Origin: a virus
Direction: 5' to 3' (one strand)
IMG/VR virus record: IMGVR_UViG_3300032249_000542
Span: 96,001-160,000 of that record
Length of the DNA stretch: 64,000 nt
The position numbers and the translations under genes are program-made. The notes beneath the pieces were generated by a model. That model ran no database searches, was not told where the DNA came from, and worked only from the letters and a program-made list of their open reading frames with translations. Every line of letters begins with the position of its first letter. The first letter of the stretch is position 1. Shown here piece by piece: positions 45,858-55,970 of the stretch.

Positions 45858-48388
45858 TGAGTAAATACTACACAAACATAACGGTATATGGTCCTCATAT
45901 ACTTTATCGAGGTGTAAAGAATGGTAGGCGCATAAAAGAGAAAATCAACTATGCGCCTACTCTCTTTTTACCTGCCAAGAAAAAGACCGACTACAAAACT
46001 CTGTTCGGTGAATATCTAGAACCCATGCAGTTTTCCAATATTAGAGAGGCAAGGGACTTTGTTAAACGATATGAATCCGTAGAGAATTTTAAAGTCTATG
46101 GTAATGATCGTTACGCATATGCATTTATCGCAGACAACCACAAAGGTTTGATTGATTGGAATATGGATGAACTATCAATTGTAATCATCGATATTGAGGT
46201 TGGTTCTGAGAATGGTTTCCCTGATCCTTACAAAGCATCCGAACCAATTACTGCAATTGCTGTTCGTCAATTGAACGGTGGCACTACTGTTTATGGTTGT
46301 GGTCACTATGATAATAACGATGAAACTGTTAGTTATGTTCGATGCCAAGATGAAATTGATCTATGTAAGAAATTTCTAAATGATTGGCAACACAACTATC
46401 CTGATGTGATAACTGGTTGGAATACTGAAGGATTTGATATTCCTTATCTGATTAATCGTTTCACTAAACTATTTGGTGAGAAGGAAGCACGTAAGTTATC
46501 TCCATGGGAAGTAATCAATGAGAGGGTTTACAATTTCAAAGGTTCAGAGAAGAAGTCTTATGATATCTTTGGTATTGGTCAACTAGATTATATTGAACTA
46601 TACAAATGGTATGCGCCTAATGGTAAGTCACAAGATTCATACAAGTTGGACAACATCGCAAGTGTAGAACTTGGTGAGAACAAACTATCCTATGATGAAT
46701 ATGATACCCTTCATCAATTGTACAGATTAAACTATCAGAAGTTTATTGAGTATAACATCAAAGACGTTGAACTGATTCTGAAACTAGAAGAAAAGTTAAA
46801 GTTGATTCAGTTGGCATTGACTATGGCATATGATACCAAGTGTAACTATGCTGATGTCTTTGCACAAACTCGCATGTGGGATGCATTGATTTACAATCAT
46901 CTACTAGAACAAAAGATCATCGTACCACCAAAAGAAGTTTCACATAAAGGTGAAGCATTTGAAGGTGCGTATGTTAAAGAACCACAAGTTGGTAATCACG
47001 ATTGGGTTGCATCGTTTGACTTGAATTCTCTGTATCCACACTTGATTCAAATGTACAACATATCTCCTGAGACGTTGATTCCTGTATCAGAACATACAGA
47101 AGAAATGCGTAAGGTAATACATGATGGTGTAACCGTAGATAAACTGTTAGAAATGAAAGTTGACACTTCAAAGATATCGAATGTCATCCTAACACCTAAT
47201 GCTCAATACTTCCGTAAAGGTGTACAAGGATTCTTGCCAAAGATGATGGAAGAAATGTATGAGGATCGTAAGAAGTTTAAGAAGTTAATGCTCAAGGCTG
47301 AACAAGAGTATGAAAATGAAACTGATGTAACTAAGAAAAAAGAACTAGAGAATTTAATCTCAAGATATAACAATCTACAACTTGCAAAGAAATTATCTTT
47401 GAACTCTGCTTATGGTGCATTGGGTTCACAGTATTTTCGATTCTTTGATTTGCGAATGGCACTAGCAGTAACCATGTCGGGTCAACTAGCAATCCAGTGG
47501 ATTGAAAGTAAACTTAATACCTACATGAATGATATTTTAAAAACGAAAAAAGATTATGTTATTGCTTCAGATACGGATTCGATATATCTCAACCTTGGCC
47601 CACTTGTACGCAAAGTCTATAAAGAAGAAACGGATCCTAACAAAATTATCACCTTCATGGATCGTGTCTGTGAAGATAAGATACAACCGTACATTAATAA
47701 GAGTTATCAAGAACTTGCTGATTACATCCACGCCTACGCACAAAAAATGCAAATGAAACGTGAAGCACTTGCAAGTAAAGGTATATGGACTGCAAAGAAA
47801 CGATACATCCTCAATGTGTATAACAATGAAGGTGTACAGTATGCAGAACCGCAGATGAAGGTTAAAGGTCTAGAGATGATTAAATCTTCTACACCTTATG
47901 CTATTCGTGAAAAGATGAAGGAGATGGTTAAACTTGTAATGAATGGTACAGAGAGTGACGTACAAGACTTTATTGCGAAATTCCGAGAAGAATTTAAATC
48001 CTTACCAGTCGAAGATATATCGTTCCCACGTGGAGTGAATAATCTTGCTGAGTATCGTGATTCTGTTGGTATATACAAGAAAGGTACACCTATTCATGTA
48101 AAGGGTGCGTTACTATATAATCATTTCTTAAAACAAAAGAATCTAACAAACAGTTACCCATTGATACAAGAAGGTGAGAAATTAAAGTTCACCTATCTAA
48201 AATCACCGAATCCAATAAAGGATACAGTCATATCTTTTCCGACAAGACTCCCGAAAGAGTTTGACTTGCAGAAGTATATCGACTATAATATTCAATTCGA
48301 GAAGGCTTTTATTGAACCAGTTTCGGTTATTCTAACCTGTATGGGATGGGAGTCTGAAAAATCTAATTCGTTGGAGAGTTTCTTCTAA
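45857..48388 (+). CDS. gp43: Family B DNA polymerase gp43
   Basis: Exo DIEV; SFDLNSLYP, KLSLNSAYG, SDTDS; uninterrupted. Confidence 0.98.
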   Translation: MSKYYTNITVYGPHILYRGVKNGRRIKEKINYAPTLFLPAKKKTDYKTLFGEYLEPMQFSNIREARDFVKRYESVENFKVYGNDRYAYAFIADNHKGLIDWNMDELSIVIIDIEVGSENGFPDPYKASEPITAIAVRQLNGGTTVYGCGHYDNNDETVSYVRCQDEIDLCKKFLNDWQHNYPDVITGWNTEGFDIPYLINRFTKLFGEKEARKLSPWEVINERVYNFKGSEKKSYDIFGIGQLDYIELYKWYAPNGKSQDSYKLDNIASVELGENKLSYDEYDTLHQLYRLNYQKFIEYNIKDVELILKLEEKLKLIQLALTMAYDTKCNYADVFAQTRMWDALIYNHLLEQKIIVPPKEVSHKGEAFEGAYVKEPQVGNHDWVASFDLNSLYPHLIQMYNISPETLIPVSEHTEEMRKVIHDGVTVDKLLEMKVDTSKISNVILTPNAQYFRKGVQGFLPKMMEEMYEDRKKFKKLMLKAEQEYENETDVTKKKELENLISRYNNLQLAKKLSLNSAYGALGSQYFRFFDLRMALAVTMSGQLAIQWIESKLNTYMNDILKTKKDYVIASDTDSIYLNLGPLVRKVYKEETDPNKIITFMDRVCEDKIQPYINKSYQELADYIHAYAQKMQMKREALASKGIWTAKKRYILNVYNNEGVQYAEPQMKVKGLEMIKSSTPYAIREKMKEMVKLVMNGTESDVQDFIAKFREEFKSLPVEDISFPRGVNNLAEYRDSVGIYKKGTPIHVKGALLYNHFLKQKNLTNSYPLIQEGEKLKFTYLKSPNPIKDTVISFPTRLPKEFDLQKYIDYNIQFEKAFIEPVSVILTCMGWESEKSNSLESFF

Positions 48389-49275
48389 TGTTACAATCGT
48401 TATTTCCATTCTTAACTGCTATTGCTTTGTCTGCTGTTGCAGCATACTATTCAGTCATTGGTCTTGCACAGATATTCCCAGGTTCATACTGGCCGATTAT
48501 TATCATGGGTTCGGTACTTGAGATGGCTAAGTTGGTAACAGTATCTTGGTTATATAACAATTGGAATGTTACAACACGATGGATGCGTTATTACTTTTTA
48601 ATCGCTGTTCTTTTACTCATGGGTATTACATCCATGGGTATCTTTGGCTATCTGTCAAAAGCACACATCGAACATTCAACAAGTTTATCTCCATTGATTG
48701 AGAAGGAATTTATTTATGATGAGAAGATTAAAGTCCAAAAAGAGACCATCGAAGCTAATCGCAAAAATCTTTTACAGTTGGATGCGGCTGTCGACCAAGT
48801 CATGGCACGCTCGACGGACGAAAGGGGGGCTGAGAGGTCGAACCAAATCCGCAAAGCCCAACAGAAGGAGCGTCTACGAGCGGCTGATGAGATTGCTAGG
48901 GCGCAGACCGAAATACAGAAAATTACGGAAGAAAAGTCTCCTATCTCCTTGGAAATCAAAAAGGCTGAATCAGACTTGGGGCCTATAAAATATGTTGCTG
49001 AAGTAGTTTATGAAACGCAAGATCGTGACCTTATAGATAAAGCAGTAAGACTAGTAATCTTTATCATCATTGTAGTGTTCGATCCATTGGCAGTATTGTT
49101 ATTGATTGCTGCCAATCAAACATACCGTAAGAGTATCAAAGATAAAAAGCAAAAGGTAAAGGTTCGTAAGTCTATTGACGTTCCTCCAGTAGCTAGTGTA
49201 GAATCATTCATAGACGAAAAAAATACAGTAATATCTAAAGACAAAATTGCAAACATGACCGGAGAATTTAAATGA
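48388..49275 (+). CDS. Membrane protein with hydrophobic helices flanking a coiled coil
   Basis: Three N-terminal hydrophobic segments, coiled coil, GPIKYVAE, VFDPLAVLLLIAA. Confidence 0.7.
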   Translation: MLQSLFPFLTAIALSAVAAYYSVIGLAQIFPGSYWPIIIMGSVLEMAKLVTVSWLYNNWNVTTRWMRYYFLIAVLLLMGITSMGIFGYLSKAHIEHSTSLSPLIEKEFIYDEKIKVQKETIEANRKNLLQLDAAVDQVMARSTDERGAERSNQIRKAQQKERLRAADEIARAQTEIQKITEEKSPISLEIKKAESDLGPIKYVAEVVYETQDRDLIDKAVRLVIFIIIVVFDPLAVLLLIAANQTYRKSIKDKKQKVKVRKSIDVPPVASVESFIDEKNTVISKDKIANMTGEFK

Positions 49276-50336
49276 GTGGCATACTTGATAAGTTAAAGAA
49301 AAATTCAACAATCGCACAGACAGCGATTCTATCTAAATCAACACTATTTGGTAACAAGGATATGATTCAAACATCCGTACCAATGATTAATGTTGCATTG
49401 TCTGGAAGTCTTGAAGGAGGATTGACTCCTGGTATTACTGTACTCGCAGGTCCATCTAAACATTTTAAAACTGCATTTGCATTATTGATGGCAGCATCAT
49501 ATCAAGCAAAGTATCCTGATTCAGTTGTTCTATTCTATGATTCAGAGTTTGGTTCACCGCAAGCATACTTTGAAACATTTGGTATCAACATGGATCGTGT
49601 ATTGCATACACCTATTACTGATATTGAAGAACTGAAACATGACTTGATGAATCAAGCAGCACAGATTGAAAAAGGTGAGAAAGTAATTATCGTTATTGAT
49701 TCTATTGGTAATCTTGCATCAAAGAAAGAGATTGACGATACGATGGAAGGTAAGTCTGTTGCAGACATGACCCGTGCTAAACAATTGAAATCTTTGTTTA
49801 GAATGATTACACCACATCTGGCACTCAAAGATATTCCAATGGTTGTTGTTAATCACACATACATGGAAATTGGAATGTTCCCTAAGGCAATCGTTTCAGG
49901 TGGTACTGGTATTGTTTATTCAGCAGATACAATCTGGATTCTTGGTCGTCAACAAGAAAAGACCGGAACAGAACTTACTGGATACAACTTCATCATCAAT
50001 GTTGAGAAGTCACGATTCGTTAAAGAGAAATCAAAGATTCCTATCACAGTATCATTTGAAGGTGGTATCCAAAAGTATTCTGGTTTGATGGATATTGCAC
50101 TTGAAGGTAACTTTGTAAGTAAACCATCGAATGGTTGGTATGCAAAGGTAGACCAAGATACTGGTGAGATTGGTGAGAAACATAGATTCTCTGATACACA
50201 AACAAAAGGATTCTGGGAAGATATACTTGAGAGTGAAAAATTTAAAGAATTCGTAAGGAGACGATATGAGATTGCCTATGGAAACATTATGGGAGAAACT
50301 CCAGTTCTGGAACAAGAAGAAACCGAAGATGCTTAA
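49272..50336 (+). CDS. uvsX: RecA-like recombinase UvsX
   Basis: AGPSKHFKT, FYDSEFG, IDSIGNLASKKE, DMTRAK; TTGACG-18-TAGAAT at 49175-49204 upstream. Confidence 0.95.
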   Translation: MSGILDKLKKNSTIAQTAILSKSTLFGNKDMIQTSVPMINVALSGSLEGGLTPGITVLAGPSKHFKTAFALLMAASYQAKYPDSVVLFYDSEFGSPQAYFETFGINMDRVLHTPITDIEELKHDLMNQAAQIEKGEKVIIVIDSIGNLASKKEIDDTMEGKSVADMTRAKQLKSLFRMITPHLALKDIPMVVVNHTYMEIGMFPKAIVSGGTGIVYSADTIWILGRQQEKTGTELTGYNFIINVEKSRFVKEKSKIPITVSFEGGIQKYSGLMDIALEGNFVSKPSNGWYAKVDQDTGEIGEKHRFSDTQTKGFWEDILESEKFKEFVRRRYEIAYGNIMGETPVLEQEETEDA

Positions 50337-50643
50337 AGAAGGCGAAGATTATATCTTTTTTGATTCCGATGACAAATCAATTACTGGAATCGCACTCACT
50401 AAAGGTAAGTACGAAGGTGTACTGTATCACTATCATAAGGCAAAGATAGTTGAAGAAGGTGAACTCGCAAGGTTACAATTCGGGTTCACCATCATCGACC
50501 CAGGACAACATGATATTGATGTATTGACAAATGACGAAGAATTCTCTACAATAATGGGAGACATTCTAACAACTATACTACTGGCAAAAGCAGAAAATGA
50601 AAAAACTGGAAACGACGATCCTGAGGAATTTATTCTACAATGA
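50329..50643 (+). CDS. gp40-like protein between uvsX and gp41
   Basis: Position matches T4 uvsX-40-41; ATG at 50329. Confidence 0.55.
   Translation: MLKEGEDYIFFDSDDKSITGIALTKGKYEGVLYHYHKAKIVEEGELARLQFGFTIIDPGQHDIDVLTNDEEFSTIMGDILTTILLAKAENEKTGNDDPEEFILQ
50524..50552 (+). promoter_or_regulatory. sigma70-like promoter for gp41
   Basis: TTGACA-17 nt-TACAAT inside the upstream gene. Confidence 0.6.
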
Positions 50644-51973
50644 GGAATTTACTCGCAAGACTTTGCCTTTCATAAAAGAAGAATACTTTACCGACAAAAC
50701 AGAAAAGATTTTATTCAAAGAAATCAATTCATTTGTAAACGAATATAACAATCTACCAACGTATGAATCCGTCGTTATTAATTTGTCGGATTCTAAATCA
50801 ATTACCGAACAAGATTTAAGGCTAACCACAGAACTACTTGACACCATCAAAGAAGAAAAGGATGTGTCAGTAGAACTGAGGTGGTTGACTGAACAAACTG
50901 AAAAGTTTTGTCAGGATCGTGCTATATACAATGCGATCATGGAATCTGTTCAAATCCTAGATAGTAGTACAAAAGCAAAAGGTGAGATACCAAAGTTATT
51001 GAGTGATGCACTAGGTGTATCATTTGATTCAAACATTGGTCATGACTATATTAATGATTCTGAAAACCGATTTGACTTCTATCATCGTAAAGAAGAAAAG
51101 ATTAGATTTGACCTTGACCTATTCAATAAGATCACCAAGGGTGGATTGCCTGCAAAGACTTTGAACATTGCATTGGCAGGTACAGGTGTTGGTAAATCTT
51201 TGTTTATGTGTCACGTTGCTGCTTCTTGTTTATCGCAAGGAAAGAATGTGTTGTATATCACGATGGAGATGGCAGAAGAAAAGATTGCAGAACGTATTGA
51301 TGCGAATCTATTGAACATCGACATATCCGAACTACATGCAATCAGTAAAGCAGATTATGAGAGAAAAATCGACATACTGAAAGCAAAGACAGATGGCAAA
51401 CTTATCATCAAAGAGTTTCCAACTGCATCTGCATCTGCACTCCACTTCCGTGCATTGTTGAGTGATTTGCAATTAAAAAAGAACTTCAGACCAGATATGA
51501 TATTCATCGACTATCTTAATATCTGTGCCTCTGCAAGAATCAAACCAGGGTCTAATGTAAATTCATATAGTTACATTAAATCTATTGCAGAAGAACTCCG
51601 TGGACTTGCAGTAGAACAAAATGTTGCAATCGTATCTGCTACACAAACAACAAGGTCAGGGTTCACAAGTTCTGACCCTGGACTTGAAGATACTTCAGAA
51701 TCATTTGGTCTACCTGCAACTGCTGATTTTATGTTTGCATTGATTAGTACAGAGGAACTAGAACAACTTGGTCAGATCATGGTGAAGCAATTGAAGAATC
51801 GATACAACGATCCTAACTTATATAAACGATTCGTTCTTGGTATTGATCGTGCAAAGATGAGATTGTATGATGCTGAACAGTCTGCACAGATTGATATTGT
51901 AGATTCAGGTGCTCCTAGTATTCCAAGTAAACCAAATAAATTTAGTAGAAACTTTGAGGGGATTAAGGTATGA
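50597..51973 (+). CDS. gp41: Replicative helicase gp41 (DnaB-like)
   Basis: AGTGVGKS, IFIDYLNIC, SATQTTRSG, SESFGLPATAD, KQLKNRY. Confidence 0.96.
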   Translation: MKKLETTILRNLFYNEEFTRKTLPFIKEEYFTDKTEKILFKEINSFVNEYNNLPTYESVVINLSDSKSITEQDLRLTTELLDTIKEEKDVSVELRWLTEQTEKFCQDRAIYNAIMESVQILDSSTKAKGEIPKLLSDALGVSFDSNIGHDYINDSENRFDFYHRKEEKIRFDLDLFNKITKGGLPAKTLNIALAGTGVGKSLFMCHVAASCLSQGKNVLYITMEMAEEKIAERIDANLLNIDISELHAISKADYERKIDILKAKTDGKLIIKEFPTASASALHFRALLSDLQLKKNFRPDMIFIDYLNICASARIKPGSNVNSYSYIKSIAEELRGLAVEQNVAIVSATQTTRSGFTSSDPGLEDTSESFGLPATADFMFALISTEELEQLGQIMVKQLKNRYNDPNLYKRFVLGIDRAKMRLYDAEQSAQIDIVDSGAPSIPSKPNKFSRNFEGIKV

Positions 51974-52224
51974 GTGATAACGTATTTTCTTTTGCACAAG
52001 TTGAAAGCAAACACAAGGAAGCAGAAAAACAAAACCTATTGGATACAGTCGAAGAAGTTCGAAAGAAAATCGAAGATGGTGAAATCACAGAACTTGTTTT
52101 TTCTTGCTTAACTACAGATGGTGACGTTGATATCAATGCATCAGTAAAAAATAGATTAAGTGCAATCGCATTATTAGAAGCAGGTAAGATGATACTTTTT
52201 AGAGATGTTAATTCAGAAGAATGA
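51970..52224 (+). CDS. Hypothetical protein
   Basis: 84 aa, overlaps both neighbours (ATGA). Confidence 0.6.
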   Translation: MSDNVFSFAQVESKHKEAEKQNLLDTVEEVRKKIEDGEITELVFSCLTTDGDVDINASVKNRLSAIALLEAGKMILFRDVNSEE

Positions 52225-53336
52225 ATTTGACTAAAGAACAGGCACTAGTGTGTGCCAAGATGTTCTCTGATTATTTCGATAAACATGCAAATGTCGAAGA
52301 ATACATGAGAGAACAGAAATTGAATTCTATGAATGATAGACCAGTTACTCTACCTGGGATGGGACCAGAAGATGACTTGTTCTCTGATTTTGCTATGCAT
52401 CCAAATAACATGGAATTTAAAGTGGTGGAGATATCTTCAGATAAATGGGATAACTATATCTCAATTATTTCATCACATTCTAATATGACTAGTATCCCTG
52501 GTAGAAATATTAAGTTTGCAGTCAAAGAAGTCAAGAGTGATAAGTGGGTTGGATTCATTCGTTTGGCATCACCTATGATGAATATGAAACCACGTAATGA
52601 TATGTTGGGTGGTGCTTTTATATCTGATCCTGTAACTGCAAAATCATTTAATAATTCTGCAATCATGGGGTTTGTTATCGTACCTGCACAACCATTTGGA
52701 TTTAATTATCTTGGTGGTAAACTACTTGCGGCAATATGTTGTTCACATTTTGTCAGAGAACGTGTAAATGAAAAGTATGGTATGAATTTGTGTTTGTTTG
52801 AAACTACAAGTCTATATGGTAGTTCTAAAACAGTCTCACAGTATGATGGTATGAAACCATACATTCGTTATAAAGGTTTGACTGAATCTAATTTCATTCC
52901 CATGATGCACGGTAAACCATATGATGACCTGATTAATTATGTTGAAGGATTGATTGGTGTGTTTGTTGCACCAGACGCATCGTCCAGAAAATTGACAATG
53001 CAGACTAAAATCATTTCAATGATAAAGGCAACATTGAAAGGTGAACCAGAATATCAGTCCTTTACAAAAACTCTGGATAACGCACTCAATCTGATGGAAA
53101 AGAAACGATACTATATTTCTGACTATGGATTCAGTAACATGGAAGATGTTGCTATGGGACGTACTACAGAACTGATTCCAAACAAAGAAAACTACGACAA
53201 GTTTCATCTTGAAAACATTATAGAATGGTGGCGTAAGAAGGCTGTTAATAGATATGAAACTCTGAAGTCCGAGAATAGAATACGGACTGAACAAGAAGTC
53301 TGGACAAGTGGGAAAGATATTGACATAATTCGGTGA
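52221..53336 (+). CDS. DUF4338/DruA-like conserved phage protein
   Basis: SIPGR, GFIRLASP, PFGFNYLGGKLLA, ETTSLYG...SQYDG motifs. Confidence 0.6.
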   Translation: MNLTKEQALVCAKMFSDYFDKHANVEEYMREQKLNSMNDRPVTLPGMGPEDDLFSDFAMHPNNMEFKVVEISSDKWDNYISIISSHSNMTSIPGRNIKFAVKEVKSDKWVGFIRLASPMMNMKPRNDMLGGAFISDPVTAKSFNNSAIMGFVIVPAQPFGFNYLGGKLLAAICCSHFVRERVNEKYGMNLCLFETTSLYGSSKTVSQYDGMKPYIRYKGLTESNFIPMMHGKPYDDLINYVEGLIGVFVAPDASSRKLTMQTKIISMIKATLKGEPEYQSFTKTLDNALNLMEKKRYYISDYGFSNMEDVAMGRTTELIPNKENYDKFHLENIIEWWRKKAVNRYETLKSENRIRTEQEVWTSGKDIDIIR

Positions 53337-53353
53337 TCGTGGTAATATAAATA
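53320..53353 (+). promoter_or_regulatory. Overlapping sigma70 and late promoters
   Basis: TTGACA-17 nt-TAATAT (with TGn) overlapping TATAAATA at 53346-53353. Confidence 0.7.
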
Positions 53354-53377
53354 CTCCAATAACCATGGAGTTTTTTA

Positions 53378-54460
53378 ATGGCTTACACATTTTTTCCAAA
53401 GTCTGCAACTGAGATAAAAACGACTTTAAAGGGAGATTCAAAAAAAATTGATGATATTGTAAAATTATATCTTTTTTTGAGTAAGAAATTTCCTAAAACT
53501 GAAGCGCCAATTAATATTGATCCGGATTCAATTTCTAAAGTCAATATTTCCCGTGACCTTCAAAAAACTGTAAACTTAGCTAATATTAAAGCACAATCAA
53601 AAGCAAGTTCTATTACAATAAAATTTGGTTCAGGTTCTTCTGGTGGACGTGGTGTTAAGAATAAAGGTAATGCTTATGAAGGAGAACTAGCTAATGCCAT
53701 AAGACAATGGTGGAGTGGTGAACTTCCAGATGATCCAGATTTATTAGATCCGATTGAAAAGATTTGTAATATATACGATTTAGAAAAATGGTCAACATTA
53801 GATGTTGTTGAAGTTGGTGAATTGAATAACAAACGTCCTTTCATTTATTCTCCACAAGTTTTAATTTCATCACAGATTCCAGTTACTAATAATAACTTAG
53901 GACCAATTGTTACTGATATTACACTTCAATCTGGAAGAAAAAAAGAATACCTTAGTCTTAAAACTGGAGGAACTGTAACATTTTTCAATTCTGGTATTAA
54001 AAAAGTTTTGACTCCACAAGAAATTAAATCCGGTCAAATAACAAATTTAAATGGATTAAAAATACTTGATATGTTCAATATTGATAATCATATATTCTGC
54101 GACATTTTTAATGGCAACTTGAAAGAGTCCATTGTGGTTGATGTTTGGAAAACAATGTCAGTTAAACAGAAAAGTCAATTAAAAATATTTTTAAAATCTG
54201 GAATTGGACATGGATATACTATTGTACATAAACTAACAAATAAAACTAAAGTTTATGTTGTAGATGAAAAATATATGAATGAAGCTGCAACTCCAAAATC
54301 ATGTACAATTTATTACGGAGGAAAATCCGGTACAGGTAAACGTATTGATATGGAAATTGAAACAGGTCACTATACACTTAAACTAAACATCCGTGACACA
54401 CAAGGTGGAGATGGTTATCCAACCCGTATGATGTGTGATTATTCATACCTAAAAGAGTAA
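53378..54460 (+). CDS. Putative PD-(D/E)xK-like nuclease
   Basis: GNAYE...TDITL...YLSLK spacing; Lys-rich and AT-rich gene. Confidence 0.45.
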   Translation: MAYTFFPKSATEIKTTLKGDSKKIDDIVKLYLFLSKKFPKTEAPINIDPDSISKVNISRDLQKTVNLANIKAQSKASSITIKFGSGSSGGRGVKNKGNAYEGELANAIRQWWSGELPDDPDLLDPIEKICNIYDLEKWSTLDVVEVGELNNKRPFIYSPQVLISSQIPVTNNNLGPIVTDITLQSGRKKEYLSLKTGGTVTFFNSGIKKVLTPQEIKSGQITNLNGLKILDMFNIDNHIFCDIFNGNLKESIVVDVWKTMSVKQKSQLKIFLKSGIGHGYTIVHKLTNKTKVYVVDEKYMNEAATPKSCTIYYGGKSGTGKRIDMEIETGHYTLKLNIRDTQGGDGYPTRMMCDYSYLKE

Positions 54461-54463
54461 AAA

Positions 54464-55690
54464 ATGAAATTTAATCAATTCATAACAGAAGCAAAAGAAG
54501 ATAAGAATGTTCATCTAGAACATATTGAAGATGAAATCATTAATCGTGGTGTTGCAGGTGCTCGTGATGCAGTAAACTTCTTGCGTTCATTACGTGACAT
54601 GCTTGCAGGTCACTCACAATCTAAAGTAAACGTAACAACAAAGTGGGATGGTGCTCCTGCAATCTTTGCTGGCATCAATCCAGAAAATGGAAAGTTCTTT
54701 GTTGGCACTAAATCTGTATTCAATAAAAGTGCAAAACTAAACTACACCGATGAAGATATCGATGTGAATCACCCAGGTGAAGGTTTAAATGATAAACTAA
54801 AAGTCGCACTTGCCTTCCTTCCTAAACTTGGAATCAAAGGTGTACTGCAAGGTGACATGATGTTTGCAAAAGGCGACATACAAGAAAAAACAATTGATGG
54901 TGAAAATTACATAACATTCCAACCAAACACAATTGTTTATGCAGTCCCAGCAGAATCTAAACTCGCAAAGATTATGTTGGCAGCACAACTTGGTGTTGTA
55001 TTCCATACTGCATACATAGGTAAGACACTTGAAACAATGAAAGCGTCATTTAACATTGACATCGGACATCTACAAACAACAAAAGATGTTTGGTTTCGTG
55101 ACGCATCTTTCACCGATGCATCTGGTTCTGTAACATTTACAATCGAAGAAACAAAAGCAATTACAACTATTCTATCAGATGCAGGTAGATCATTGGCAAC
55201 TATTAATCCAATGACATTAAACAGAATTTCTGCAAGTGACGTTTATTCCACATATATCAAAACATTTAATAATACAAAGATTCGTGAAGGTAAGAAGATT
55301 ACTAACACAAGAGAACATACTAGAGAATTGTTGGCGTGGATAGAAGCAAAACTAAACAAAGCGATACAAGAATCAAAAAGAGATGACACCAAACAAAAAA
55401 GAATCACAGAGAAAAATGAGATAATGCGTTTCTTTCGTGGTTCTGCAAATGATATCGTTTCGATGCTTGACTTTATGAACCATTTGGTGGATGCAAAACT
55501 AATGATAGTTCGCAAGTTAGAATCTATCCGTTCGATAGGTACATTCATTCGCACAGACGATGGTTACAGAGTAACTGCACCAGAAGGGTTCGTAGCAGTA
55601 GATAGATTACAAGGTAATGCAGTCAAGTTAATTGATAGACTTGAATTTGCACATGCCAACTTTAATGCAGCAAAGAACTGGAGCAAGTAA
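54464..55690 (+). CDS. Ligase-superfamily nucleotidyltransferase-like protein (DUF6267-type) with capsid-targeting-like leader
   Basis: HLEHIED; KWDG (motif I), LQGD (III), EGFV (IV), VKLIDR (V); N-terminus MKFNQFITE. Confidence 0.6.
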   Translation: MKFNQFITEAKEDKNVHLEHIEDEIINRGVAGARDAVNFLRSLRDMLAGHSQSKVNVTTKWDGAPAIFAGINPENGKFFVGTKSVFNKSAKLNYTDEDIDVNHPGEGLNDKLKVALAFLPKLGIKGVLQGDMMFAKGDIQEKTIDGENYITFQPNTIVYAVPAESKLAKIMLAAQLGVVFHTAYIGKTLETMKASFNIDIGHLQTTKDVWFRDASFTDASGSVTFTIEETKAITTILSDAGRSLATINPMTLNRISASDVYSTYIKTFNNTKIREGKKITNTREHTRELLAWIEAKLNKAIQESKRDDTKQKRITEKNEIMRFFRGSANDIVSMLDFMNHLVDAKLMIVRKLESIRSIGTFIRTDDGYRVTAPEGFVAVDRLQGNAVKLIDRLEFAHANFNAAKNWSK

Positions 55691-55962
55691 TGTCATACGA
55701 TATAAACAAAATCATGGCAGAATATGGTGAAGAAGATTTTGGATTCACCGCAGTTGATGAAGCAGAATATGAAGCGGTAATAGCAGAGAAAAATGAAACG
55801 GTAGAAGAATACAAAGCAAGATTAACTCAGGTAGAAAAGATTATTATGCCTTTTCTAACCAATCTTTTAAAATCACAAGCACAACCTTACATTCATTGGC
55901 CCAATCGTGGTCCTATCATTGAGAAACAAATACAAAAGATCCTGACATTAACAAGAGGATAA
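55690..55962 (+). CDS. Conserved small phage protein
   Basis: DFGFTAVDE...PFLTNL...YIHWPNR. Confidence 0.6.
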   Translation: MSYDINKIMAEYGEEDFGFTAVDEAEYEAVIAEKNETVEEYKARLTQVEKIIMPFLTNLLKSQAQPYIHWPNRGPIIEKQIQKILTLTRG

Positions 55963-55970
55963 TAACAATA

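Noticed and set aside
15113-47756. Other +1-frame ORFs inside gp17 (15113), gp22 (22801), uvsW (27299) and gp43 (47556)
   Set aside because: No marked GC anomaly or convincing SD/ATG; ORFs of this length in the +1 frame can occur by chance.
45857-48388. Intron or intein in gp43 (also considered for gp17, gp41, gp46)
   Set aside because: ORFs are continuous and of normal length, with no intein or homing-endonuclease insertions.
48877-48916. Hammerhead-like CTGATGA...GAAA within the GC-rich patch
   Set aside because: Stem II is poor and there is no correctly placed UH cleavage site or stem III; CTGATGA is explained by Ala-Asp-Glu codons.
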